Assembly: GCA_964527715.1 (NCBI GenBank)
Contig: CAZGOD010000005.1
Coordinates: 22,793 to 86,792, forward strand
Source of the DNA: an uncultured Thermoplasmatales archaeon
GTDB taxonomy: Archaea > Thermoplasmatota > E2 > DHVEG-1
Reading direction: 5' to 3'
Length of the DNA: 64,000 nucleotides
Below the pieces are notes generated by a model, which was not told where the DNA came from, did not search any database, and worked only from the letters and a program-made list of their open reading frames with translations. Shown in pieces: positions 20,673 through 29,707 of this stretch. Each line of letters begins with the position of its first letter. Positions within the stretch are counted from its first letter, which is position 1. The position numbers were made by a program, and so were the translations under genes.

Positions 20673-20729
20673 ATGTTAGAAGATAAAATAATGAATGATA
20701 TTTTTGAAGAGAAGGTGGCGGATAAGTAA
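20673..20729 (+). CDS. Putative 18-aa peptide (MLEDKIMNDIFEEKVADK)
   Basis: SD GGGGTGA upstream; stop abuts the next ATG. Confidence 0.35.
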   Translation: MLEDKIMNDIFEEKVADK

Positions 20730-20840
20730 ATGCCTGCAATAGCTTTTGTTTTAATTGGTTTTGGAGCAGGCTTATTAGTAATGGTTATAATAAGTGTTTA
20801 TAGATCATTTTTTAAAATTTGGAATGAGGGGTTAGATTAA
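20730..20840 (+). CDS. Putative 36-aa single-TM protein (MPAIAFVLIGFGAGLLVMVIISVYRSFFKIWNEGLD)
   Basis: SD AAGGTGG inside the upstream mini-ORF; hydrophobic helix. Confidence 0.5.
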   Translation: MPAIAFVLIGFGAGLLVMVIISVYRSFFKIWNEGLD

Positions 20841-20894
20841 AAATCATAAAAAAATGAAAAAATGAGATAGTAAAAAATGTCTATCTCAAATTTT

Positions 20895-21314
20895 TTATTT
20901 TGGTATTACTTTTTTTGGTATGTCGATTTCTTCAGTCTTACCAGCATCCCAAATAGCACGGATTGCTAGAAGACCAGCAGCTGGTGCAGCAAATATGAAC
21001 AAGTATCCTGTTATGTTGGTGAAATATGGTTCAATACCTGCCCATGTTCCGATAGTCCATGTGGTAGAAGCTGCGCCTATCATAACTAATATTAGTGCCG
21101 CTATCAAAAATGTTGGTACTTTTTCTTCAGATATATTACCAATCGCGAAGAATGACAGTATACCAACGACAAATCCAAGCACTGCTAGTAATGCTGCGAC
21201 ATATGCGTCCGGATCTGCGTACCAATCGGCTCCAACTATTAAACCGACTAATATTGCTATTATTACTCCTAATAGGAATAACCAACTTCCTATTTTCTTG
21301 AATATTGCTTCCAT
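20895..21314 (-). CDS. 4-TM membrane protein, paralogue of 40180-40596
   Basis: KIGSW.FL.G..IA..VGL ... F.APA.GLLAI.AIW..GK shared with the paralogue; ATG after GAGGAGTGGAG. Confidence 0.75.
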   Translation of the reverse strand: MEAIFKKIGSWLFLLGVIIAILVGLIVGADWYADPDAYVAALLAVLGFVVGILSFFAIGNISEEKVPTFLIAALILVMIGAASTTWTIGTWAGIEPYFTNITGYLFIFAAPAAGLLAIRAIWDAGKTEEIDIPKKVIPK

Positions 21315-21555
21315 CTCCACTCCTCTATATTTTTATTTACCCCTAAAAATATGATGAGATTATTTAAGTCTTTAGTGTAAAAGAACCAATAAGTGTATAT
21401 GTAGGTGAATAGATACATCCTCTGGAGTATATCTTATAGAGTATTTTGTCAAAAAGTAATTTTTCCCATTTTGACGTTTTTATAAGTTAATCTTATATAT
21501 TTCTAATAATAAATCTTAACATGTTACTCTATAATATCTAAGTAACCCAACAGTG

Positions 21556-21608
21556 GAGGGGGTCCCAAGTAATTTTAATTCACCTCTTCTTGCATCTTAG
21601 ACCCCCTC
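21556..21608. other. GC-clamped hairpin (GAGGGGGTC...GACCCCCTC) upstream of the receiver gene
   Basis: 9-bp perfect inverted repeat; loop contains TTCACCTC (anti-SD on +, SD on -). Confidence 0.45.
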
Positions 21609-21674
21609 TTCAACCCCCTTATTTTATAGGAAAAATTTAAGTTACTAACACTGATATTAATAATGGGAAGGGAT

Positions 21675-22001
21675 ATGAAAACAATAATGGTAGTAGATGA
21701 TGAAACAGATATTCTTGAACAGGTAAAATCATCACTTGAGGAAGATGAATATGAAGTTATCACCGCTTCAAGTAGCCGTAAAGCATTAGAGCTACTGGAG
21801 GGAGAAAGAGAAAACGATTTTGATCTAATACTGATAGATACACCCTTACCTGATAAAACTGATACCTCGTCTGCATTGTTTTCAATGGTACCAAAATCAA
21901 AGACATCGATTAATATGGATAAAGATGAAAACTTTTTACAAAAACCTTTCACAAGGGAGCAACTAGTTGATTTCATAAAAAGCAAGATTAGAGTTGATTA
22001 A
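21675..22001 (+). CDS. Atypical single-domain response regulator (shortened receiver)
   Basis: VVDDE, LILID and QKPF retained; alpha3-beta4-alpha4 region shortened. Confidence 0.75.
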   Translation: MKTIMVVDDETDILEQVKSSLEEDEYEVITASSSRKALELLEGERENDFDLILIDTPLPDKTDTSSALFSMVPKSKTSINMDKDENFLQKPFTREQLVDFIKSKIRVD

Positions 22002-22119
22002 AGTTTTTATAAAATTAGTGTTTTTAATTAAAAATAACCATAAGGAGAAGCTTACATTTATGTAATTATTATTATATTAATAAAACCCCACATACAAAAA
22101 AAGAAAAAAAGAGGATTTT

Positions 22120-23982
22120 TTAGAGACTGGTTGAGCCGTTGCTTTGACTTTGTGATTGACTGCTAGGGCCACTCTGACTGCTTTGCTGGTTCTTAGGCAT
22201 AGTAACAGTAAGCGTGCCCCAGTTACTCTCAGCGCCATGAATATTTGTAGCTTTAGCTTTGATATTGTATGTTCCTTCTATATTCCAAATATGACTAACA
22301 ATAATTTCTTCACCGGAAACAAATAGTCCTTCAACAACCTCAATATTATCGTCACCCCAATCAATTGTATATTTAGCTATATCATCACCGACTGGGTCAA
22401 TTGAAACGAATGTATAGTTGTATTCTTTTCCTACTTTTCCAGATGTTGGACCTGTTATAGTTGGTGGTTCTGGAGGATTAATATTAACAGATAAATAATC
22501 AGACCACTCACTTAAAGGTCCTTCTTCATCCTTTGCTCTCACTCTTACATCATATCGACCTGAAGACATCCATGTATGAGTTGCATTCGCAGTTTGACCT
22601 GACTCATGCGGGCCAAGCCATTCACTGTATGTACCATCTCCCCAGTCCCACATGTAAGATATATTATTTCCTTCAGGATCATAGGTATTAGTCTCGTAGA
22701 TGTAATTAACTCCTGGTTCACCAGGAGTCTGACCAAAAGGTTCTTCTGGTATATTAGGCGGATAGTTAACGTCATCTTTAAAACAATAGATATCAGCATA
22801 CCATGAACAAACTATCATTTTTCCATTTGCGATGACCGGATCGGAGTTTATGTAATCGTAACCGTCTATGGTATACATCCATATAAGATCACCACTCATC
22901 GCATTAAGACAGTAAATATTTTTGTCATATGAACAGACATAAACTTTTCCATCAGCAACTGTAGGATCCGCCCAAGAAACCATACCTGCTGTAAAATCCC
23001 ACAAATGTTGTCCTGTTTCAGCATCAAGACAGTACAACTTTCCATCTTTGGACGTAACATAAACTCGATTATATGCAATAGTTGGAGAACATACTATTTT
23101 ATCTCCAGTTTCAAATTTCCATATACAATATTTTGTTTTAGCATTAATACAATAGATATTACCGCCATCATTTCCAAAATAGATTTTACCATCATACGCT
23201 GTAGGTGAATTGAAAATTTCATCATTAGTATAATATTTCCATAATTTAGTCCCTGTATCTGCATCTATACAATAAAGAATACCTCCTTCATCACCAACAT
23301 AAACTCGACCATTGCTAAGACATGGAGGACAAAAAGTTGTACAATCCAAGTTACATTTCCATATTGTTGATCCATCCTCAACATCTAGGCAGTAAAGAAG
23401 CCCCTTATTAAATTCGAAAGGTGTTGCAACATATAGTTTCTTATTATGAACTAATGGTCTACGTATTTGCCCCTCTAATCGAACTGACCATTTTAAACTT
23501 CCATCATCTGCATCTAATGCATATAGGTTATCATCAAAAAAAGATGGCATAGATGGAATAAAAACAGTACCATAATCAACTGCAGCGCAATCTTCAAATA
23601 CTATGCTCCCGGGAGGATTAAAAGTCCAAATAGCTTCTCCTGTTAGCTCGTCAAGACAAAATACTGTTCCATTAAGATCCCTAGTACCAAAGTAGATTTT
23701 CCCCTCATATATAACAGGGTCACCAACAATTTCACGCGTGTGAGAACCATATTTAGATAAATCTAACATCCACAAAATGTTATTTGTTTCAGGTGCTTGT
23801 GATAGAGAGTAGCTTAAACGCTCAGAGTCATGTCCATCCATCGGCCACCAATCATTAGGCCTACTTTCATTAGGTATATAGATCTCTTTATTTACATCTC
23901 CATAAATCTCTGCATCTACAGTCACGATCGTTGACATTAATAACAAGCCTATTACAATGGTTGATACAATTATTTTTTTCAT
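22120..23982 (-). CDS. Secreted PQQ-like beta-propeller repeat (BamB-like) protein with C-terminal PKD domains
   Basis: Signal peptide; repeated LYCLDA.TG..LW blades; two WGDG/WGDD PKD units; S/Q-rich tail. Confidence 0.85.
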   Translation of the reverse strand: MKKIIVSTIVIGLLLMSTIVTVDAEIYGDVNKEIYIPNESRPNDWWPMDGHDSERLSYSLSQAPETNNILWMLDLSKYGSHTREIVGDPVIYEGKIYFGTRDLNGTVFCLDELTGEAIWTFNPPGSIVFEDCAAVDYGTVFIPSMPSFFDDNLYALDADDGSLKWSVRLEGQIRRPLVHNKKLYVATPFEFNKGLLYCLDVEDGSTIWKCNLDCTTFCPPCLSNGRVYVGDEGGILYCIDADTGTKLWKYYTNDEIFNSPTAYDGKIYFGNDGGNIYCINAKTKYCIWKFETGDKIVCSPTIAYNRVYVTSKDGKLYCLDAETGQHLWDFTAGMVSWADPTVADGKVYVCSYDKNIYCLNAMSGDLIWMYTIDGYDYINSDPVIANGKMIVCSWYADIYCFKDDVNYPPNIPEEPFGQTPGEPGVNYIYETNTYDPEGNNISYMWDWGDGTYSEWLGPHESGQTANATHTWMSSGRYDVRVRAKDEEGPLSEWSDYLSVNINPPEPPTITGPTSGKVGKEYNYTFVSIDPVGDDIAKYTIDWGDDNIEVVEGLFVSGEEIIVSHIWNIEGTYNIKAKATNIHGAESNWGTLTVTMPKNQQSSQSGPSSQSQSQSNGSTSL

Positions 23983-24191
23983 TTTTATCACCTTTTCCTA
24001 TATGTTTTTATCTTCAAGTATTCGCCTTTGGAGTTTATAAAGCTTATCTGACAAATCTATTCTAAATAGTATATATATTTTATAGCTCAATCGTTTAATG
24101 TTGAAATTTAACCCAAATTTTTTTATGCAACAAAATGACAAACACAAAAAGATTAAAACCAATTATGTAAAAAGCAAGATGAAATAAAAAC

Positions 24192-24776
24192 CTAGTTTTG
24201 ATTCAATGCTTTTTCTATTGATTTAAAATCTTCAACTAATATTTCCAGGGTATTAGGGTTATAAGTAGCAATAGCTGGATGATACATTGGTATCACCTTG
24301 ATTTTCCCAGAAAGCGTGTTAACAGTATGTATTTTCCCATGGATACTACTTATTTTATCAAATTTAAGCCCAAATTTTTCAAAAACATATGATGCTGCAA
24401 AACTACCAAGTGGAACAATTATCTCTGGTTGAATAATCTCCATCTGCTTGTTAAGATATGGTGTACAAGTTTCTATTTCGCTCTGCAGGGGATTTCTATT
24501 ACCTGGTGGTCTACATTTAAGAATATTAGCAATATAAACAGCATCTCTGTCTATCCCTATTGATTGTAGTAGTTCATCGAGGATTTTACCAGCTTTTCCA
24601 ACAAAAGGTAAACCCTGTAAGTCCTCATTGTAACCAGGTGCCTCGCCTATAAAGAGAACCTTGGTATCTACACTTCCATCACCGGGTACAGCGTTCTTCC
24701 TAGTTTTCCAGAGATCACATTTTTTACAGTTTTTAACTAGAACACTGATATCCTGCATTTGATCTTTTTTGGACAT
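24192..24776 (-). CDS. udg: Family 4 uracil-DNA glycosylase (Fe-S)
   Basis: CxxCxL, GEAPG, PFVG.AG, KCRPP.NR.P and YHPA motifs. Confidence 0.93.
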   Translation of the reverse strand: MSKKDQMQDISVLVKNCKKCDLWKTRKNAVPGDGSVDTKVLFIGEAPGYNEDLQGLPFVGKAGKILDELLQSIGIDRDAVYIANILKCRPPGNRNPLQSEIETCTPYLNKQMEIIQPEIIVPLGSFAASYVFEKFGLKFDKISSIHGKIHTVNTLSGKIKVIPMYHPAIATYNPNTLEILVEDFKSIEKALNQN

Positions 24777-24850
24777 TTAATGAACTGAATCTAGGTTTAT
24801 CTTTATATGTATTCACCATATTCTTGGTTCTACATAGTTGGAGAGATAGC

Positions 24851-25273
24851 ATGCAGAGTAAAGAAAAAGATAATTTAATTTTTATAAGACTCTTCCCAGA
24901 TGAAAACTTGAATGACGAGTTAAAAAAAACATGCCAGGCTCACGATGTTAAAACCGCTATTGTAATATCTGGAATAGGTCAACTGAAAAATGTTCAACTT
25001 GGTTATTTCAAAAAGAAAGATGATTATTCACCAGAGGTATTTGATAAGCCCCTTGAATTACTATCATTATCTGGTAACATATGCCGAGAAGAAGATGATT
25101 ACAATCTTCATTTGCATGCTGTTCTCGGGGATGAAAAAAAGAATGCTCTAGGTGGTCATCTAATAGAGTCCCAGGTAGAGGTCACAGGTGAAATAGTATT
25201 ACTTAAGACAGAAATACCAGTAGAAAGAAGACTTGATGAAAAAACTGGTTTAAAAGTTCTCTTTCTTGAGTAA
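24851..25273 (+). CDS. PPC/DUF296 domain protein
   Basis: SGIG.L, ELLSLSGN, HLHAVLG and GGHL motifs. Confidence 0.88.
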   Translation: MQSKEKDNLIFIRLFPDENLNDELKKTCQAHDVKTAIVISGIGQLKNVQLGYFKKKDDYSPEVFDKPLELLSLSGNICREEDDYNLHLHAVLGDEKKNALGGHLIESQVEVTGEIVLLKTEIPVERRLDEKTGLKVLFLE

Positions 25274-25325
25274 AAGTTATTATACATGAACAGATTTACA
25301 TAAGACTTGGAGGGATGAAAAAAAT

Positions 25326-25571
25326 ATGACTGAATTCGGAGAACTTGGTGGAAAAATTAAAACCCTTAAAACTGCTCGTGGCATCCTAAATGAGGAGTAT
25401 TCCCAGTCTGAGTTTCATAAGAAAAAAGAGGCGAATCCTCATTCAACTGTGCCACCTTCTCCAGAAGATGAGAATATCTATAAGCTTTTAACTGCTATTC
25501 AACAACTTGATCATTATGTTAAGAAATTCCAAGATGAACAATTCACTCTTTTGAAAAAACAAGAAAAATAA
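25326..25571 (+). CDS. Hypothetical helical protein, 81 aa
   Basis: SD GGAGGG and TATA upstream; no recognised motif. Confidence 0.6.
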   Translation: MTEFGELGGKIKTLKTARGILNEEYSQSEFHKKKEANPHSTVPPSPEDENIYKLLTAIQQLDHYVKKFQDEQFTLLKKQEK

Positions 25572-25595
25572 TAAACCCATGTTTTAGTCCGGGTT

Positions 25596-27131
25596 TTATA
25601 GTACATTTCTTCTAATACCAAACATAGATTTTACTAAAACAATGATTGGAATAATCTCTAGTCTACCTATCCACATGTTAAAAATCAGCATTGTTTTCGC
25701 ACCAGGGTGCATAGATATACTTGTCATACCTGTGGTGAGACCAACGTTACCCTGAGCTGAGCATACCTCAAATATCACATTGCCTAGGGTTTCTTTGGGG
25801 AATGCTGCGGCTATAAACATTATACCAACTGATAATAGTATAACCCACATAAACGATATTATTGCTGCCTCGTTGATGAGATCCATCGCGTCATCTCTTG
25901 AAAGAGATTTATCACCAAGTTTATGAACAAAAACACGGCGTGGTGTTGATATAGCTCTTTTTATCCTCCAGCCAACACCCTTGTAGAGTAGTATCGCTCG
26001 GAATAGTTTTATCCCACCAGCTGTTGAACCAGCTGCTCCACCAATGATCATAGCAAAAGCCATTATTAGTTTCGCAGATTCCGCCCACTCTAGAGAAATG
26101 ACTTCTGCTGATTCTGATGCGAAACCAGTACAAGTAGCTGCTGATACAAATTGAAAACCAGATTTTTTCAATGATAATAGAAGATTCTCGTTATAGTAAT
26201 CTAGGTTGACTATGGTGAGAGCTATGACTCCTAGGATGATTAATGCGACTAGTGCTTTAAACTGAGGATCTGAGAAAAACTTCTTCATCCTGCCTTTCAA
26301 AAGATGGTAATGAGCTGCAAAGGCTATAGCTCCTGCGAACATGAGCGCTAGGATAGCTATCTGTGTGATATTGCCAAAACCTACCAAACTATTATCTGTA
26401 ACAGAGAAACCACCAGTAGCAAGACCAGTCATAGCATGGTTAAGTGACTGCCAAGCATCCATACCATTTGTTGTCAGCCAGCCAATAATAATCAAAGCAA
26501 CGATACCTATAATGGTATATAATAGGAATATCCACCAGATCGTTCGCACTGTTGAAGTAATAGATGGATGTGTTTTTTGATCACGAGCTTCTCCTTTGTA
26601 TAGTACAAAAGAACCAGTACCTGGTCTTGCAAGAATAGAGAGTGTTAGAACAATAACTCCTACTCCTCCAACCCATTGAATTAGTGTACGCCAAAACTGC
26701 AACGTGTATGGCAATGCTGCCTCATTTGCAACCATGGTAAGACCAGTACCAGTCCAACCAGACATTGACTCAAAAAAAGCAGAGAGAGGGTCCATATGAC
26801 TAGTTCCACTGTATGGAATCAGCCAGAATGGGATACTACCAATAATGGAAATAAAAAGCCATCCAAGCGCAGCTGTCACCATCGCACTTTTGAAATCAGG
26901 TGGATCAGCTTTTTTAAAAGCATAATACAGAGGTAGACCAGCACCAAAAAACACAGCAGCAGTGACCAGAATAGGCCCAAGCGCCTCAACATTACCATCT
27001 CCGTATTCCCCAAAATACAGAGGTACAATTAATGCAATTAGGGTTACAAACCCTACAATGATGAATATACCACCGAGGTCCCTGGAGACACTTCTAGCAT
27101 CACTCATATTACCTGTTTTTCTCCTAAACAC
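25596..27131 (-). CDS. trkH: Trk potassium uptake membrane subunit
   Basis: FESMSG.TGTG, WVGGVG, TGGFS, GSTAGGIK, GNVG and WIGRLEI motifs. Confidence 0.93.
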   Translation of the reverse strand: MFRRKTGNMSDARSVSRDLGGIFIIVGFVTLIALIVPLYFGEYGDGNVEALGPILVTAAVFFGAGLPLYYAFKKADPPDFKSAMVTAALGWLFISIIGSIPFWLIPYSGTSHMDPLSAFFESMSGWTGTGLTMVANEAALPYTLQFWRTLIQWVGGVGVIVLTLSILARPGTGSFVLYKGEARDQKTHPSITSTVRTIWWIFLLYTIIGIVALIIIGWLTTNGMDAWQSLNHAMTGLATGGFSVTDNSLVGFGNITQIAILALMFAGAIAFAAHYHLLKGRMKKFFSDPQFKALVALIILGVIALTIVNLDYYNENLLLSLKKSGFQFVSAATCTGFASESAEVISLEWAESAKLIMAFAMIIGGAAGSTAGGIKLFRAILLYKGVGWRIKRAISTPRRVFVHKLGDKSLSRDDAMDLINEAAIISFMWVILLSVGIMFIAAAFPKETLGNVIFEVCSAQGNVGLTTGMTSISMHPGAKTMLIFNMWIGRLEIIPIIVLVKSMFGIRRNVL

Positions 27132-27184
27132 ATAATATTAAATTTTTTTTCAACAAAACAATAAAATAACAACTACTTATATTT

Positions 27185-28069
27185 TTACAGATTCTTAATC
27201 TCTTTTATTCTTCTTTCCATGTTTTCTTTGAGATCTTTTGATATATCTCTCCTGGTAAAGGCATCTGCTCTGGCAGCAATTGATATATTCGCTGCTATTA
27301 CCCGTGCGATTTTGCCTCTATAGTTTCTATGGGCTTTGTTAATGGATTGATGCTGGAAAATCACACCATGTTTAGGAGGTTTTCCACCTTCTTTTTTAAA
27401 TCTGAAAAGAGCTTTTTCAGCTCCTAAAACCTGAATCGTTGAAGCAGGCATAACCGCTAGTTTTTCCAATCTGCCTGCGTATGATATCAGTCTTGCACCA
27501 ATTAAGGATCCGACTATCATACAAGTATTTGGAGCTATCTTTTTCATATCAGATTCAATTTGTTGTTCTAAGGTTTTTATCCCGGCGTCAACAGTGGAAA
27601 ACGTGTTTTTAAGTGGCTGAATTTTTTTCTCTGGTGTTGGTACCGCTGACCAGCGTTCTAAACGCTCTGAAAGAAGGTTAGATGTCTGTATAAGATCATC
27701 AAGAGCATTAACCATTTGGATAACTTGCAGATCTTCTGATTCAAGTTTTTTCTTAACGTTTTCTCTAGTTACCAGAATCGCGGCTTTATGAAGCAAATTT
27801 TTAGGGTAATCAAAATCTTCTGGTTCTATCCCTGTGTTTTTAAAAAACTGGTCAGTTGGGCTGTAGTCACCTATTTTCTCTAGTCTCTTCTCATTTACTT
27901 TTACTTTAACATTTTTTATGAGTTTCTTTTCATGGGGTAGTACCTCTTTTTTGTTTATTTTCTGTAGTATTTTTGCGATTTCTTTTTCATCTTTTGGGAA
28001 GAGAATCTTGTTTTTTATACCCTTTTTATCGCAGAGGAATGTGCCGAACCATTTTGTTATAAGATACAT
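27185..28069 (-). CDS. nop5: C/D box sRNP core protein Nop5 (short form)
   Basis: APN....G..IGARLI, PASTIQVLGAEKALF, PPKHGVIFQH and RGKIAR motifs. Confidence 0.9.
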   Translation of the reverse strand: MYLITKWFGTFLCDKKGIKNKILFPKDEKEIAKILQKINKKEVLPHEKKLIKNVKVKVNEKRLEKIGDYSPTDQFFKNTGIEPEDFDYPKNLLHKAAILVTRENVKKKLESEDLQVIQMVNALDDLIQTSNLLSERLERWSAVPTPEKKIQPLKNTFSTVDAGIKTLEQQIESDMKKIAPNTCMIVGSLIGARLISYAGRLEKLAVMPASTIQVLGAEKALFRFKKEGGKPPKHGVIFQHQSINKAHRNYRGKIARVIAANISIAARADAFTRRDISKDLKENMERRIKEIKNL

Positions 28070-28125
28070 GTGAATACTTGAGACTTGATAAGAAACTTTA
28101 TTTAATTTATTTTACGCTTTAAAAA

Positions 28126-28389
28126 TTAGATAGAAAATAATAGACCAATTGGGATGAACAACAGACTAAGGATAATCCCTGTTAAACCTAGGTATTTGTC
28201 TTTATTTGATCCCCAGTATGCCATAAGGCCAAAGATTATTGCTAAAACTATCATTGGTAGCTCTAAGATTATGTAGAAAAAAACCTCTGAGAAGAACTTA
28301 AATATCTCTGACCATACTATGAAAAAAGGTATAACGCTTAAAATTAGTGATAATATTCCAAAGCCTATCTGTTCTTTTTCTTTAACCAT
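28126..28389 (-). CDS. Small 3-TM membrane protein
   Basis: GILSLILS ... AIIFG ... GLTGIILS pattern, DUF4190-like. Confidence 0.6.
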   Translation of the reverse strand: MVKEKEQIGFGILSLILSVIPFFIVWSEIFKFFSEVFFYIILELPMIVLAIIFGLMAYWGSNKDKYLGLTGIILSLLFIPIGLLFSI

Positions 28390-28410
28390 TTCTGTTTTCC
28401 TTTGAATCTT

Positions 28411-28566
28411 TTACCTGTTCTTTCTATGTGTCTGATTTTTTTTAATCCTAGCAGGCATTTTAGGTTTTCTTATATGTTTTTTTCCTTTCTTTTTTGATTC
28501 CTCGTTAGGAAGATTTATATTCATGCCTTTTTCAATATATCGTCTTTGTCTCTCTTTTTTTGTCAT
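28411..28566 (-). CDS. Small highly basic protein, 51 aa (MTKKERQRRYIEKGMNINLPNEESKKKGKKHIRKPKMPARIKKNQTHRKNR)
   Basis: Read by hand; SD GGGAGG; 20 of 51 residues are K/R; co-oriented between tautomerase and membrane-protein genes. Confidence 0.55.
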   Translation of the reverse strand: MTKKERQRRYIEKGMNINLPNEESKKKGKKHIRKPKMPARIKKNQTHRKNR

Positions 28567-28586
28567 TTTTTCCTCCCTTAACTATA

Positions 28587-28784
28587 TTAAGATATGTCTT
28601 TAAATTTCTCTGAAGCAGGTTCTCCTTCGATTCCCCAGTGTGATTTAGGGATTTCATGGATAATTACTTCTACAGCGCGAGCAGGGATACCTAAATCAAC
28701 AAAGACCTTAGTGATTCCTTTAATTACAGTTTTGGCTTTTTCCTCTCCGAACCCTTCCCAAACGTTTACATGAACTGTCGGCAT
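28587..28784 (-). CDS. 4-oxalocrotonate tautomerase family protein
   Basis: N-terminal Pro1; V.V.I.E.P..HWG..G motif; 65 aa. Confidence 0.88.
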   Translation of the reverse strand: MPTVHVNVWEGFGEEKAKTVIKGITKVFVDLGIPARAVEVIIHEIPKSHWGIEGEPASEKFKDIS

Positions 28785-28886
28785 ATTTTTTTCTCTCCAT
28801 CCTAGATGAAACTATTTTTTTAATTTAAAACTTCGGTTTGGTGTTTTTTATGCAACAAAATGAGAAACATTAAAAGAAAGATATTT

Positions 28887-29546
28887 TTATTTCTTCTTTG
28901 CTGTCCAAGTTATACCATCTAAAAGCTCAGCATCAAAAGGCGCATTTTTACTACTAACATAATACGTAGTCATTTCTCCTGGAGAAGTTACTTCTAATCT
29001 TAGTTTAACTTCCCACTCCCAAGTCGTTTGTTTTGTTCCATTATTAATAAACCAATACCCAAAATCAGATAAAGTAATCTCATTAGATAATGTATCATAA
29101 TGCCAAAGAAATTTTATTCTTTCTTTAAATGTTAAATTCGGCCCGATAAAAAAACCATCATGCCGTCCAACTGTCCCATCATAACTGATATTTATTGTAC
29201 AACAAGTACCATTAACACATAATATCTCGTTTTGCTCGCAAGTCCACTCATTAATAATCTCATCAGGGAATCTAAATAAAATATAAGAAAAAGCTGACAT
29301 GAGAACAACTATGGCAACTACGATTACACATACAACATTGGTATTCTTACTAGAAATTTCTCTTTTAGTTTTTCTTTTTACTAAGATATATACAACATAA
29401 CCTATCAGCAAAGCAGGAACTAAATATATGAGCCATAGAAAATTTGTTAGCATCCAAAGGTTAAATGTGGCTATTGTAAGAACAACTGTAGAGATAAGCA
29501 ATGATAAAAGAGTGGTTGTTACGATTTTACCATAAAGTTTCGGCAT
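28887..29546 (-). CDS. Hypothetical membrane protein (3 TM plus extracellular domain)
   Basis: 219-aa ORF with SD GAGG; no recognised motif. Confidence 0.6.
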   Translation of the reverse strand: MPKLYGKIVTTTLLSLLISTVVLTIATFNLWMLTNFLWLIYLVPALLIGYVVYILVKRKTKREISSKNTNVVCVIVVAIVVLMSAFSYILFRFPDEIINEWTCEQNEILCVNGTCCTINISYDGTVGRHDGFFIGPNLTFKERIKFLWHYDTLSNEITLSDFGYWFINNGTKQTTWEWEVKLRLEVTSPGEMTTYYVSSKNAPFDAELLDGITWTAKKK

Positions 29547-29707
29547 CTCAGTTGTCCTCTCTACTCAACCAAATAGAGTGTATGATTTTTTGTTTTATTA
29601 TAATAACCCCACACAACAAACAAAAACAAAATGATGGACTTAAAGTTTATATACTTACCATTTAATATATAATAGTTTATAATAAGTGAAGTAATCCAGG
29701 ACTAAAA

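Noticed and set aside
27185..28069. Short Nop5 without adjacent fibrillarin as a pseudogene
   Set aside because: Frame and Nop-domain motifs are intact; fibrillarin may be encoded elsewhere
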